A DNA stretch of 64,000 nucleotides from an uncultured Bacillota bacterium (GTDB lineage: Bacteria > Bacillota_I > Bacilli_A > RF39 > UBA660). Below the pieces are notes generated by a model, which was not told the DNA's origin, searched no databases, and saw only the letters and a list, made by a program, of their open reading frames with translations. Location of the stretch: the NCBI GenBank assembly GCA_945867665.1, contig CAMBIR010000005.1:8659-72658 (forward strand), read 5' to 3'. Shown one piece after another: positions 18,389 through 29,190 of the stretch (positions within the stretch are counted from its first letter, which is position 1; each line of letters opens with the position of its first letter). Position numbers and translations under genes: made by a program.

Positions 18389-20764
18389 TTTTTGAAATTG
18401 TGAATTATAAATATCTGCATAGAAACCATTTTTCTTGATTAGTTCGTTATGTTTTCCTTGCTCAACGATATTTCCGTCTTTCATGACTAGAATAAGGTCG
18501 GCGTTTTTGATGGTTGATAGACGATGAGCAATAATAAATGATGTTTTTCCTTCGGTTAGTTTATCCATAGCTTTTTGGACTAACTCTTCTGTTCTTGTAT
18601 CAACATTGGAAGTAGCTTCGTCTAAAATTAGGAATGGCGAATCGCTTAACATTCCACGAGCAATGGTAATTAATTGTCTTTGTCCTGCTGATACGGAATC
18701 GTTATCTCTAATTACTGTGTCATATCCATCTGATAGGGTATTAATAAAGTGACTAATTCCTACGGTATCACATACTTCTTCTACACGACCCATATTGACG
18801 TTTTCACGATTATAAATAATATTTTCTTTAATGGTTCCATTGAATAGCCAAGTATCTTGTAGCACCATAGTAAATAAGGAATGGACATTTTCTCTGGTTA
18901 AATCATTGATAGATACACCATCGATTTTGATATCTCCTCCATTGATTTCATAGAATTTCATCAATAGATTAACCATTGTAGTTTTTCCTGCTCCGGTAGG
19001 TCCTACGATTGCTACTTTTTGTCCTGGTTTTGCTACAGCACTAAAGTTATGAATAGTTGGTTTATCATTTCCATCATATTGGAAGACCACCTGATTGAAT
19101 TCTATCTTTCCTTTTACTTTTTTTCTATCTAAAACTTTTGTTTTATTTTCTTCACTAGGCATTTCTTCTTCATCTAGGAATTCAAATACTCTTTCACTTG
19201 CAGCTGCTGTTGATTGTAGTGAGGTCATTGCTTGAGCAATTTGTGATAATGGAGAAGTGAATAGTCTTACATAAGCAATAAATGCTACGATTACTCCAAA
19301 TGTTGTTAAATCATTCATGGTTAATAAGGCACCTACAATACATACAGCTACATAACCAAAGTTTCCAATAAAGTTCATCATTTGAGGCATTAGTCCGGAT
19401 AAGAATTGACTCTTTCTATTACATTCATATACTTTCTTATTTAATTCATCAAATTTTTGATTGGATTCTTTTTTTCCATTATAGGCTTTTACGACATTTA
19501 ATCCAGAATAGATTTCTTCAATATGGCTATTTAGGTTTCCTAATTCTACTTGTCTTGCGGTAAAGTATTTTTGAGATTTTCCTAAGATTAAGAACATAAA
19601 GACAAAGCCTAATAAACTAGAAACAATAGCCGTAATTGCCATAATCCAATTGGTTACAAACATCATAATAATGGCACCTATAAATAGAGTTATTGCACTA
19701 ACTAAAGTAGATAGGGATTGGTTCATTGACTGAGCTATGGTATCTACATCGTTAGTTACTCTAGATAAGATATCTCCTGATTGATGGGCATCAAAGAATT
19801 TTAATGGTAATTTATTAATTTTCGTAGAGATATTGCTTCTTAGTTTTTTAGCAAATTTATTGGCTACAATAGTCATAGAGATAGATTCTATATAACTAAA
19901 TAATGCACTTAGTAAATAAACTATTACTAAGAATAAAGCAATTCCTTTAATTTTATTCATATTCATTACTGGTTCAATTACTTTTTTGATATTCTTTGGT
20001 AATTTATCTAGTTTTGTATATAATTCTTTAGTGTTAGTTTTATCTCCTACTCCACTCATTATCGTTAAAAATTTTGCTTGGTCGCTGGAAGTTATGGTAG
20101 TACTCTTGATTTTAAAATCTTGGAAAAGTACTTTTTGAATGCTTTCTGGGATTTCAAGAGATGTACTTGTTCTATTTTCTTTATCCATCATTTGGGTAAC
20201 ACTTTTTAAGAAAGTGACTTTTTCAGGGGAGGTAATTTCTATTCCTTGATAAGTAGAAGTTTTCAAGATACAAGTTAAAACATCTTCTGGTAAGTTAGAT
20301 AATTCCTTCATAATATCTTGTTGGTTCGTCATAGTACTAATTTTTGCCATGCTATTTTGAAAAGCTATTTTAGATTCATCTTTTATTGATGGAGAAGTTA
20401 AGATTTCTCTTGATGTTTCTTCGGATAAATTCATTTGTAAGATTTGTGGTAGGGTTGTTTTTAATTTATCTTCTGAGACAGATGCTGTTACTTTTGTGGT
20501 TATTTCTTTCATAACATTAGTTTTAATGACTAATCCTTTGGAGATTTCATCAGTTAAGTCTGATAATTTGTTTGGAGAAATAATAGAAAGAACGGAACTT
20601 AAAGCTGCTAAGATTAGGGCAACTAAGATTAGAATATGAAAACTTTTTAGTTCTTTAAATAATCTAGAAATAGCGCTTTTAAAGTTCTTGGCTTTTTCTG
20701 CAGGTGCTGGGCCCATACCTGGTCCGTGTTGTCTTCTTTTGGGTTGATTATTTTCACTAGGCAT
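18386..20764 (-). CDS. ABC transporter ATP-binding/permease protein (type I exporter half, heterodimer partner) with large extracytoplasmic insertion
   Basis: Walker A GPTGAGKT, signature SAGQRQ, Walker B ILDEAT. About 200-aa hydrophilic insert between TM1 and TM2. Overlaps the upstream partner gene by 8 nt. Confidence 0.85.
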   Translation of the reverse strand: MPSENNQPKRRQHGPGMGPAPAEKAKNFKSAISRLFKELKSFHILILVALILAALSSVLSIISPNKLSDLTDEISKGLVIKTNVMKEITTKVTASVSEDKLKTTLPQILQMNLSEETSREILTSPSIKDESKIAFQNSMAKISTMTNQQDIMKELSNLPEDVLTCILKTSTYQGIEITSPEKVTFLKSVTQMMDKENRTSTSLEIPESIQKVLFQDFKIKSTTITSSDQAKFLTIMSGVGDKTNTKELYTKLDKLPKNIKKVIEPVMNMNKIKGIALFLVIVYLLSALFSYIESISMTIVANKFAKKLRSNISTKINKLPLKFFDAHQSGDILSRVTNDVDTIAQSMNQSLSTLVSAITLFIGAIIMMFVTNWIMAITAIVSSLLGFVFMFLILGKSQKYFTARQVELGNLNSHIEEIYSGLNVVKAYNGKKESNQKFDELNKKVYECNRKSQFLSGLMPQMMNFIGNFGYVAVCIVGALLTMNDLTTFGVIVAFIAYVRLFTSPLSQIAQAMTSLQSTAAASERVFEFLDEEEMPSEENKTKVLDRKKVKGKIEFNQVVFQYDGNDKPTIHNFSAVAKPGQKVAIVGPTGAGKTTMVNLLMKFYEINGGDIKIDGVSINDLTRENVHSLFTMVLQDTWLFNGTIKENIIYNRENVNMGRVEEVCDTVGISHFINTLSDGYDTVIRDNDSVSAGQRQLITIARGMLSDSPFLILDEATSNVDTRTEELVQKAMDKLTEGKTSFIIAHRLSTIKNADLILVMKDGNIVEQGKHNELIKKNGFYADIYNSQFQK

Positions 20765-22520
20765 TTTCTAATTCCTCCTTTGATAATTGTGATAAAGCAA
20801 TTTGTTTATATACTTTACATGATTTTAATAATTCTTTATGTGTTCCCATTCCTACACATTTTCCGTTGTCTAGAACGATAATTTTATCGGCATTCATAAT
20901 GGTACCTATTCTTTGAGCAACAATTAGACTGGTTGATGTTTTGGTATGTTCTTTTAAGGCTTTTCTTAGCGTTGCATCAGTTTTATAGTCTAGTGCAGAA
21001 AAACTATCATCAAAGATATAAATTTCTGGATCTCTAGCGATTGCTCTAGCGATTGCTAATCTTTGTTTTTGTCCCCCAGATACATTGGTTCCTCCACTGG
21101 CAATATGGGTATCGTATTTATTATCCATTTTTTCAACAAAATCTTTTCCTTGGGCAACTTCAATAGCTTTTTTGATTTGTTTCTCCGTTACTTCTGGTTT
21201 TCCATTTTCTCCATAAGCAATATTTGTATTTACTGTTCCATCAAACATAACGGCTTTTTGAGGAACATAACCAATTTTGTTGTGTAAGAATTCTTGAGTG
21301 TATTCTTTAACATTAATTCCATCTACCAAAACTTCTCCTTCAGTAGCATCATAAAATCTTGGTACTAGATTAATTAAAGTTGATTTTCCACTTCCTGTTG
21401 AACCAATGAAAGCAATTGTCTGGCCTTCTTCTGCTTTAAAAGAGATATTTCTTAATAAGTATTCTTTGGCATCAGGATATTTGAAGGAAACATTTTTGAA
21501 TTCAACAGTACCTTTTTCTTTTGTCGTCTCCTTGTCAATACTGCCATCTTTGATGCTCTCTTCTGTATCTAGTACTTCATTAATACGATTTGCAGAAACG
21601 CTAGCACGGGGTACCATCATGAAAATCATAGCCAACATAAGGAAGGACATGATGATTTGCATAGCATAAGTACTGAACACGATCATATCTCCAAACATTG
21701 TTAATTTGTTGGATAAAACTGTTTCTTTGATTAAAGAAGCTCCAACGAAATAAATACTTAGAGTTAAAAAGTACATTACTAAGTACATAATAGGGGATAA
21801 AATTGCAAATGTTTTTTGATTAAATAATTGTTGATTAGTTAGTTTGGTGTTGACATTTTCAAATTTATTTTCTTGATATTCTTCAGCATTAAAGGCTCTA
21901 ACAACACGAATTCCTGTTAAGTTTTCTCTTGTTACATTATTTAGATTATCGGTTAATTTTTGAACAATCTTAAATTTTGGTAGGACAATTATCATAATGA
22001 TTCCTATTGTTGTTAGTAAAACTGCTACAGCGATAGCAGTAATAATACTCCACTCTGTACTTTTATTTAAGATTTTGCTAATTGCCCAAATTGCTGTTAT
22101 TGGTGCTTTAATTAATAGTTGTAATCCCATAGAAATTAGCATTTGAACTTGAGTAATATCATTCGTTGTTCTCGTAATTAAACTACTTGTAGAAAATTGC
22201 TTTACCTCGTGCATAGATAAATTTTCTACCTTATTAAATAATTTTTTTCTTACTTTCATCGAGAAGGTTGCTGAGATATTAGAAACTAAATATCCTACAA
22301 TAATTGCTGATAAAAGACTTCCTAAGGCGCAAGCTAACATGTAGCCACCATTTATTAGAATATCTTTCATGTTGCTGCCTTCACTTTGGACTAAGACGGT
22401 AATTTCTGACATATAGTCAGGCATTTTTAGTTCTAGCCATACTTGACCTATGATTAGGACAAAACTAATCATAATAAAGAACCATTGTTTTTTATTAATA
22501 TTTTTTAATAATTTAAACAT
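20757..22520 (-). CDS. ABC transporter ATP-binding/permease protein (type I exporter half)
   Basis: Six TM helices plus NBD with GSTGSGKST, SGGQKQR and IFDDSFSALD motifs. Forms an operon with 18386..20764. Confidence 0.85.
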   Translation of the reverse strand: MFKLLKNINKKQWFFIMISFVLIIGQVWLELKMPDYMSEITVLVQSEGSNMKDILINGGYMLACALGSLLSAIIVGYLVSNISATFSMKVRKKLFNKVENLSMHEVKQFSTSSLITRTTNDITQVQMLISMGLQLLIKAPITAIWAISKILNKSTEWSIITAIAVAVLLTTIGIIMIIVLPKFKIVQKLTDNLNNVTRENLTGIRVVRAFNAEEYQENKFENVNTKLTNQQLFNQKTFAILSPIMYLVMYFLTLSIYFVGASLIKETVLSNKLTMFGDMIVFSTYAMQIIMSFLMLAMIFMMVPRASVSANRINEVLDTEESIKDGSIDKETTKEKGTVEFKNVSFKYPDAKEYLLRNISFKAEEGQTIAFIGSTGSGKSTLINLVPRFYDATEGEVLVDGINVKEYTQEFLHNKIGYVPQKAVMFDGTVNTNIAYGENGKPEVTEKQIKKAIEVAQGKDFVEKMDNKYDTHIASGGTNVSGGQKQRLAIARAIARDPEIYIFDDSFSALDYKTDATLRKALKEHTKTSTSLIVAQRIGTIMNADKIIVLDNGKCVGMGTHKELLKSCKVYKQIALSQLSKEELENA

Positions 22521-22562
22521 ACTCTTTTCCTTTCTAAAATATTTTTTCTTGTAATATAAGAC

Positions 22563-23006
22563 TCACATATTCATTATATTACTCTTTATTTTTTCAGTTA
22601 CCTTAAAAAAAATTTCTAGCTCTTCGTTTGAAATATTTTCTTTTAATTTTTCTTCGAATATTTGACGTTCTTTTAACATTTTGTTGTAATATCCTTTACA
22701 AGATGATGTTAATACGATTTGTTTTTTTCTGGCATCCTTTTTACTATCTACTCTTTTTATTAGATTGTTTTTTTCCATTGTGTTTAAAATACCAGATGTT
22801 GTTGACCGACGTGATTCAATTAGTTTTTCAATATCATTTTGATAAATAATTTTTTCTTTATTTTTAAAGAGATAGTGTAAAATTCTAAATTGAACTGGTG
22901 TCAATGTAAATGTCATTTTTGAGTTTTTTGCTTTATTTATAATATACCTGTTAATCATATTGTCCATACATTTTATTTCTAATGCAATATTTTGTTTTGA
23001 ATTCAT
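22563..23006 (-). CDS. MarR-family transcriptional regulator
   Basis: Winged-HTH segment LTPVQFRILHYLFKNKEKIIYQNDIEKLIESRRSTTSGILNTMEKNNLIKRV. Located directly upstream of the ABC exporter pair. Confidence 0.8.
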   Translation of the reverse strand: MNSKQNIALEIKCMDNMINRYIINKAKNSKMTFTLTPVQFRILHYLFKNKEKIIYQNDIEKLIESRRSTTSGILNTMEKNNLIKRVDSKKDARKKQIVLTSSCKGYYNKMLKERQIFEEKLKENISNEELEIFFKVTEKIKSNIMNM

Positions 23007-23133
23007 TTCCCACCTCTTTTTGTAAGGTAACTAACATTAATGATTATACAAAAATCTAATATTTTTTGTCAATAGAAATACTTAAATATGGGAAAATATG
23101 GTAGAAAAAAAATAACCTTACCAAAAGTTATTT

Positions 23134-23760
23134 TTAACTTACTGCTTTTTCTTGAATTAATGTCCTAGTTTTATTTTTTCCTTTTTTGGTTGTAATATTA
23201 TTTACTGGTGAGTTTTCTCCGCCTAAGAAATAACTATTACATTTAATATTTTTTTCTTCTTCTTTAAAGATACTTTCTTGTTCCATAAATAATGGATTCA
23301 TATTGAGTTGTCTCACCATTTCTTGATATTCAATTGCACTAAAATGTTCTATACCAACGATTTCAAACATTTTAAAAAATTCTTGCATGATTAATTGTAA
23401 TGAAATTAATGTGCTATTAAATTTTTGATTAGTCATGTTATATATTTCTTCTAAACCAATTACTCCACTTTTGGTAATAATATTCTTAAAAGAATTTACT
23501 AAATCATTCGTCCCATGATTTTTTAAAAATATTTGACCATAAGTATCTAACTTTGCATTGTAAAGTTCATTAAAGAAATCTCTAATTGCAAATTCATTAA
23601 TATCTTCTCTCATTTTAATCGTTAAACTTGTATAATCTCCGTTGGTAGAATCGATAAAGCTTAGTATTTTTGGACATTTTCCAGCTATACATAAAATAGT
23701 TTCTGGCATATTCTTCCTCCTCGTGTTTTGATATTTTACTACAAATTTATTTTTTGTCAA
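23134..23760 (-). CDS. Hypothetical protein
   Basis: 208-aa ORF, no recognisable family. Confidence 0.4.
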   Translation of the reverse strand: MTKNKFVVKYQNTRRKNMPETILCIAGKCPKILSFIDSTNGDYTSLTIKMREDINEFAIRDFFNELYNAKLDTYGQIFLKNHGTNDLVNSFKNIITKSGVIGLEEIYNMTNQKFNSTLISLQLIMQEFFKMFEIVGIEHFSAIEYQEMVRQLNMNPLFMEQESIFKEEEKNIKCNSYFLGGENSPVNNITTKKGKNKTRTLIQEKAVS

Positions 23761-23921
23761 CTATAACATTCTATGCCTATCATTTATAAATATGTGAAGA
23801 GCACCGAATTGTTTTATATTTTAGCCCAATATTTATGTTTTTTTCTGTATTAGTATTTTAAATTGATAAAAATGTTTGAGAACGGTATTTTGTTAATAGT
23901 AAGTTATCAAAAAAAAGAATA

Positions 23922-25241
23922 CTAGTTAGTACTCTTGAGGTAAAATTCACCATTTTCTTCAATGAATATGTTAGGTGATAGGGTTCTTAATTTATCTAAT
24001 ATTCTTGTTTTTTCAATCCCTGACTTTATGGAAGTGTGTTCCTCTTTTTGTTGACAAGGGATAATTTTGTATTTAAAATTTTTCTCATTATCAATAGTTA
24101 ATTGAAAGATGGCAGTATCTTTTGTTTCATTATTGAAGATAAAATCCCCTAAGTTATAAATGATAGCCTTCTCTTTATAAAAATCAATTCCTTGTAAAGT
24201 ATGTGCGTGAGTTCCAACAATAAGGTCACTCCCTGCATCAATATATTGTTTAGCTGTTTCAATTTGAACCTCTTCTAAATTACTAGAATCTTCTTTTCCC
24301 CAATGAAGTAATGTGATGAGGACATCACTGCCTTGTTTTATTTTTTTAATCTGTTCAATTAATAAATTGGGATTATAACAACGAAATACACCTCCTGATG
24401 TTTCCGTTGCTTCGGGAGTTAAAATTAGTTTTTCTGCTCTTGTTGCATTTAGAAAGGCAATTTTGTATCCATTTACAATAAAATAGTAAGGGCGCATAGC
24501 TTCAGTAAGATTTCTTCCAGCACCTATATAAGGAATTTGGTATTCATTTAGTGATTCGATGGTATCTTGAAAAGCATCTGCTCCAAAGTCGTAAACATGA
24601 TTGTTGGCAAGGGTTACTAAATCAACACCCATTTCTTCATAAATCTTTAGTCTCTCTGGGGATGCTCTAAAGGTATAATACTTACCAGGCATTTTCTCTC
24701 CACGATTGCTTATGGTAAATTCATTATTTGCAATTGTAATATTACTATTCTTTAAGGTATCAACGACATCTTCTGATAATATTCCATATATATTTTTTTC
24801 TCTTTCTTCATATTTAGGAATAATGTACCAATTGTCTGCTAAAGAAACATCTCCTATAAAACTTAATTCTGTAGTATTGGTTATTTTCTCTATTTTTTTT
24901 ACATTATTCATGTTGCTGTATGTATTATTAAATGTATCTAGTAATACATTTAGTGAATTATTATATATTTGGTGCCAATCAACCTTTTCTTTGTTATTTA
25001 ACTCTTCCTTTAATTCTGTTAATTTTTTCTTACCATATTCTTTTTCTAACCACATTAAAAATAATTTTGTTATTTTTTCTTCTTGATTATCTTTTAAAAT
25101 TTCTTCTATTATGTTTTCTTCCTTGATTGGATTGTATTTTTTACTTAGATGTTTTGGTGTTAAAAAGTAAATGAGTACTAAACATAATAAAATACTAATT
25201 AAAATTATAAGTAATATTTTGGTAATTTTATTTTTTTTCAT
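23922..25241 (-). CDS. CapA/PGA_cap-family metallophosphoesterase (poly-gamma-glutamate/capsule synthesis-like)
   Basis: N-terminal TM anchor. Motifs FIGDVSLADNW, LTLANNHVYDFG and VGTHAHTLQG are typical of the CapA/YwtB metallophosphatase family. Confidence 0.75.
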   Translation of the reverse strand: MKKNKITKILLIILISILLCLVLIYFLTPKHLSKKYNPIKEENIIEEILKDNQEEKITKLFLMWLEKEYGKKKLTELKEELNNKEKVDWHQIYNNSLNVLLDTFNNTYSNMNNVKKIEKITNTTELSFIGDVSLADNWYIIPKYEEREKNIYGILSEDVVDTLKNSNITIANNEFTISNRGEKMPGKYYTFRASPERLKIYEEMGVDLVTLANNHVYDFGADAFQDTIESLNEYQIPYIGAGRNLTEAMRPYYFIVNGYKIAFLNATRAEKLILTPEATETSGGVFRCYNPNLLIEQIKKIKQGSDVLITLLHWGKEDSSNLEEVQIETAKQYIDAGSDLIVGTHAHTLQGIDFYKEKAIIYNLGDFIFNNETKDTAIFQLTIDNEKNFKYKIIPCQQKEEHTSIKSGIEKTRILDKLRTLSPNIFIEENGEFYLKSTN

Positions 25242-25566
25242 TTTTTTTAATGGAAGGATTTTCCTCTAATTGAAGTTGTTCTCCTACTTTTAGGTCTATA
25301 AAAGAATTTAATGGTAATAAAAAGGTTGTTGTTGCTTCTAAATTTTCTAGGAAAGTATTTTCATGCATTTCTCTTTTGATGGATAATACTTTTAAATTAT
25401 CATCTGTCATGATAACATCAATTCTTTGTTTGTGAGCAATGGTGCTATAACGATTACAGTTTTTAATCATAATTGCATAATATAGTTTTTGAAAGTGATA
25501 TTTTAATAATTTTGAATTCGTGGTCATAGTAAGCATAATTTTTTCTTCTTTATACTTTAACTTCAT
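25228..25566 (-). CDS. Hypothetical protein (overlaps CapA-like gene start by 14 nt, so likely co-transcribed)
   Basis: 112-aa ORF, no recognised family. Confidence 0.4.
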   Translation of the reverse strand: MKLKYKEEKIMLTMTTNSKLLKYHFQKLYYAIMIKNCNRYSTIAHKQRIDVIMTDDNLKVLSIKREMHENTFLENLEATTTFLLPLNSFIDLKVGEQLQLEENPSIKKNEKK

Positions 25567-25599
25567 TTTTTAGAAAAAAACAATTATTTTAATAACTGT

Positions 25600-27939
25600 T
25601 TAAATTCCTTTCCATTGCCAATTTTGAACTTCTGGCATATCTTTTCCATATTCATAAATATATTGCTTATGAATGACTAATTTATCTTTACATAATTGAT
25701 TCAACAAGGCACTTCGATTTCCTAATTGAGGCAATCTTTTTAAGGCGGCTAAAACAAGATGATACCTATCAATTTCATTTTGAACACACATATCAAATCT
25801 AGTTGTAATTGTTCCTTCTTCCTTGTATCCATGAACGTGTAAATCTTTGTTATGTCTTCGATAAGTTAACTGATGAATTAAATTTGGGTATCCGTGGAAA
25901 GCAAAAATAATTGGTTTATCTTTGGTGAATAATGAATCATAGTCTTCGTCAGTTAATCCATGTGGATGTTCAGTGTTAGATTGTAGTCTCATTAAATCAA
26001 CAACGTTAATTACTCTGATTTTTAATTCTGGGAAAAATTCTCTTAAAATAGAGGTAGCAGCTAAGGTTTCTAGAGTTGGCGTATCTCCACAACAAGCCAT
26101 AATGATATCTGGTTCTTGATTTTGGTCATTGCTTGCCCATTTCCAAATACCAATTCCTTGTGTACAGTGAATAACTGCCTCTTCCATACTTAGCCATTGT
26201 GGTCTTGGATGTTTCGAAGCAATAATGACATTAATATAGTCTTTGCTTTTCATACAATGTTCAAAACAAGATAATAGACAGTTAGTATCTGGTGGCAGAT
26301 AAATTCTTACAATATCTGCTTTTTTTGTTACTAAATGATTTAAGAATCCTGGATCTTGATGTGTATACCCATTATGATCTTGTTGCCATACATGTGACGT
26401 CAAAATGTAATTTAATGACGATATTTTTTGACGCCATGGCAATTGTTTGCATACTTTTAGCCATTTGGCATGTTGGCTTGCCATGGAATCAACAATTCTA
26501 ATGAAGGCTTCATAGCTTGTAAAGAAACCGTGACGTCCTGTTAATAAATAACCTTCTAGCATTCCTTGGCAAACATGTTCGGATAAAATGGAGTCAATCA
26601 CTACACCATTACTATCCAAAAATTCATCAGTTTCTTTTTTGATGGCATTCCATTTTCGATTGGTTTGTTCAAAAACATAGTTTAAGCGATTGGATAATGT
26701 TTCATCTGGGGCAAATATTCTAAAATTATGTTTGTCTTGATTTAATTTGATAACATCTTTTACATATTTTCCAAGTTCAATCATGTCTTGTGCTTGAATA
26801 TTTCCATGTTCTGTTATTTTTACCCCATATTCTCTAAAATCTGGTAGATTTAATTCTTTTAATAATTTTCCTCCATTCGCATTAGGATTGGCTCCCATTC
26901 TTTGATTGCCAACTGGGACTAACTCTTGCAAATCTTTGATTAGCGTTCCATTTTTATCAAATAATTCTTCTGGTTTATAACTTCTTAGCCATTCTTCTAA
27001 TATTTGTAAATTTTCTTTATGATTTTCATCGACAACGATAGGTACTTGATGAGCGCGAAATGAACCTTCTATTTGTTTTCCATCGACTTCTTTTGGCCCA
27101 GTCCAACCCTTTGGTGTTCTTAAAATAATCATTGGCCAAATTGGTCTTTTGGTTGTTTTTCGATATTTAATATCTTTTATTTTTTCAATTACTTCATCTA
27201 AAACTTCAGCCATTCTTCGGTGCATTGTCATTGGATTATCTCCTTCAACATAATAAGGAAGATAGCCACTGCCTCTGAAATAGTCGTCTAATTCCATATC
27301 GCTAATTCTAGAAAATATTGTTGGATTGGCAATTTTATATCCATTTAAATGGAGAATTGGTAATACTACTCCATCTGTTTTAGGATTCATTATTTTATTA
27401 ATTTGTAGTGAGGCTTGAAGGGGACCTGTTTCTAATTCACCATCTCCTATTACGCAAGCCGCTATTAGCGTTGGATTGTCTAGTACTGCTCCATAGGCGT
27501 GTGACAAACTATACCCTAATTCACCACCTTCATTAATTGAACCTGGTGTTTCAGGAGCAGCGTGGGAAGATACTCCACCTGGAAAAGAGAATTGCTTAAA
27601 TAGTTTTTTTAATCCCTCTTCATCTTGAGTAATACTAGGATATATCTCTGTGTAGCTTCCTTCTAGATAAGTATTTGAAATCATTGCCTGTCCACCATGC
27701 CCAGGGCCAGAGATGTATATCATGTTTAAGTCATATTTTTTAATCACTCTATTTAAGTGGGTATAAATAAAATTTTGTCCTGGCGCTGTCCCCCAATGAC
27801 CAACCACGTTTGGCTTGATATCTCTTAGAGTAAGTTTTCTTTTTAATAAGGGATTATCTAATAAATATAATTGACATGCTGATAAATAATTGGCAGCTCT
27901 AAAATAGGCATCTATTTTTTTTAATTCTTTTGTTTCCAT
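25600..27939 (-). CDS. xfp: Phosphoketolase (xylulose-5-phosphate/fructose-6-phosphate phosphoketolase)
   Basis: 779 aa. N-terminus [17 protein letters not shown]...[19 protein letters not shown] and ThDP-binding motifs (GPGHGG, EGGELGY) are diagnostic. Confidence 0.9.
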   Translation of the reverse strand: METKELKKIDAYFRAANYLSACQLYLLDNPLLKRKLTLRDIKPNVVGHWGTAPGQNFIYTHLNRVIKKYDLNMIYISGPGHGGQAMISNTYLEGSYTEIYPSITQDEEGLKKLFKQFSFPGGVSSHAAPETPGSINEGGELGYSLSHAYGAVLDNPTLIAACVIGDGELETGPLQASLQINKIMNPKTDGVVLPILHLNGYKIANPTIFSRISDMELDDYFRGSGYLPYYVEGDNPMTMHRRMAEVLDEVIEKIKDIKYRKTTKRPIWPMIILRTPKGWTGPKEVDGKQIEGSFRAHQVPIVVDENHKENLQILEEWLRSYKPEELFDKNGTLIKDLQELVPVGNQRMGANPNANGGKLLKELNLPDFREYGVKITEHGNIQAQDMIELGKYVKDVIKLNQDKHNFRIFAPDETLSNRLNYVFEQTNRKWNAIKKETDEFLDSNGVVIDSILSEHVCQGMLEGYLLTGRHGFFTSYEAFIRIVDSMASQHAKWLKVCKQLPWRQKISSLNYILTSHVWQQDHNGYTHQDPGFLNHLVTKKADIVRIYLPPDTNCLLSCFEHCMKSKDYINVIIASKHPRPQWLSMEEAVIHCTQGIGIWKWASNDQNQEPDIIMACCGDTPTLETLAATSILREFFPELKIRVINVVDLMRLQSNTEHPHGLTDEDYDSLFTKDKPIIFAFHGYPNLIHQLTYRRHNKDLHVHGYKEEGTITTRFDMCVQNEIDRYHLVLAALKRLPQLGNRSALLNQLCKDKLVIHKQYIYEYGKDMPEVQNWQWKGI

Positions 27940-28006
27940 AACATTCTCCTTTTATCTCAGTTATTATATAAAAAAAGTTCACTTCTGAACTTTTATGTGA
28001 TTAAAA

Positions 28007-28705
28007 TTACTGATTAATACTTCCTAATTTTTTATCCAAATCATCTATAATAGTTTGAAGTCTATCATAATTTATTTTTAAATTTTCTTTTTCTTTCTCG
28101 ATTTTGCTTTCTTCATTCATTTTATAATCAAAGAATTTTTGCTTTTCTTGGGATAATTTTTCTTTGTCTTTTTCTAATTTATCACTAGACTTATCAATTG
28201 TTATTCTTATTTCCTTTAATTCATCTATATAACTATTTATTTCTGTTACTCTTGATTGTAGGGCATCAAATAATTTATCAAAATCAGATAATTGTTTATC
28301 TATATTTGTCGTTTTATTCGTAATAGGAGATAATTTTTCATTATTAATTAGGCGATATTCTGTCCAAAATTGTTTTAGTGAGGATACTTTTGGTTTTACA
28401 ACTATTCCTTTTTCTTGATAATTATTAAAATAAAGTACATTATCAATTTCATTATCAATTGGAGTAATGTCTTTAATATTTTCATACATTTTATCTATTC
28501 TGTTACGATATTCTTTATGTTTAGAAAAATTAGTTAATTTAGCAGAATTATCTTTTAAGTAGTTTTCTTTCGTTTCACTTGTTTTTTCTTCTGAAATTAA
28601 TTTCTTTTTTTGAGCAATGTTTTTACTTTTTATTTCTCCTAAATTGGAAAATAAGTTTTCTGGTAATTCAATATTTCTTACTCTACTACTATACATAATT
28701 TTCAC
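28007..28705 (-). CDS. Hypothetical coiled-coil protein
   Basis: 232 aa, Lys/Glu/Asn-rich heptad-like sequence. Overlaps the upstream DUF1292 gene by 17 nt. Confidence 0.45.
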   Translation of the reverse strand: MKIMYSSRVRNIELPENLFSNLGEIKSKNIAQKKKLISEEKTSETKENYLKDNSAKLTNFSKHKEYRNRIDKMYENIKDITPIDNEIDNVLYFNNYQEKGIVVKPKVSSLKQFWTEYRLINNEKLSPITNKTTNIDKQLSDFDKLFDALQSRVTEINSYIDELKEIRITIDKSSDKLEKDKEKLSQEKQKFFDYKMNEESKIEKEKENLKINYDRLQTIIDDLDKKLGSINQ

Positions 28706-28973
28706 CTTCTAAACTGTATTTTGACATTAATTTCATGATACTTTTTAATTTTTCCCATTCATGCCCTGACTCAATGTTTTCTATATATTGATTATTTTCT
28801 ATTTTTCTTATTTTTCCAGAATAAATAATGGTATTTCCATCGCGGTCATGCTCATTTTTCGTATAGATAATGTACTTTCCTGATAATTCTTCTACTTCAA
28901 AAGCACATATTAACTCTACTTCTCCTACTTCCCTATATCCATCGATTAAAGATATTTTTCTACTGTTTCCCAT
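28689..28973 (-). CDS. DUF1292 (UPF0473/YrzB-like) family protein
   Basis: 94 aa. ISLIDGYREVGEVELICAFEVEELSGKYIIY...EWEKLKSIMKLM matches the DUF1292 pattern (ITL.DE.GNE.E.E.L.TF....K.Y...........EEW..IEEVL). Confidence 0.7.
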   Translation of the reverse strand: MGNSRKISLIDGYREVGEVELICAFEVEELSGKYIIYTKNEHDRDGNTIIYSGKIRKIENNQYIENIESGHEWEKLKSIMKLMSKYSLEGENYV

Positions 28974-29143
28974 TTTATTCTCCTCCTATTTTAAACACAT
29001 TATATCATAGTTTTCTTTTAATCACAAGTAAATTTTAAGGAAAACTTGAAAGTTCGATTTGAGATTGTAAACGTAATGATTAGTTATATTATAGTTAATT
29101 TTTATACTTTTTGTTTGAAAGTATTGCAGATGAATTGATTTTT

Positions 29144-29172
29144 TTTTTACTTTTACTTCTTTTTTGTATAAT
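29144..29172 (+). promoter_or_regulatory. Putative agrB promoter (extended -10 TGTATAAT, weak -35)
   Basis: TGTATAAT at 29165-29172, 18 nt upstream of the agrB RBS. A T-rich -35 region is consistent with an activator-dependent promoter. Confidence 0.35.
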
Positions 29173-29190
29173 GGAATTGTAGGTGATAAT

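Noticed and set aside
29040-29130. LytTR (AgrA) direct-repeat binding sites upstream of agrB
   Set aside because: Only weak 9-mers (GATTTGAGA / GATTAGTTA, 22-bp spacing, 6/9 identical) and two TTGAAAGT copies 69 bp apart. This is not convincing without a position-weight matrix.
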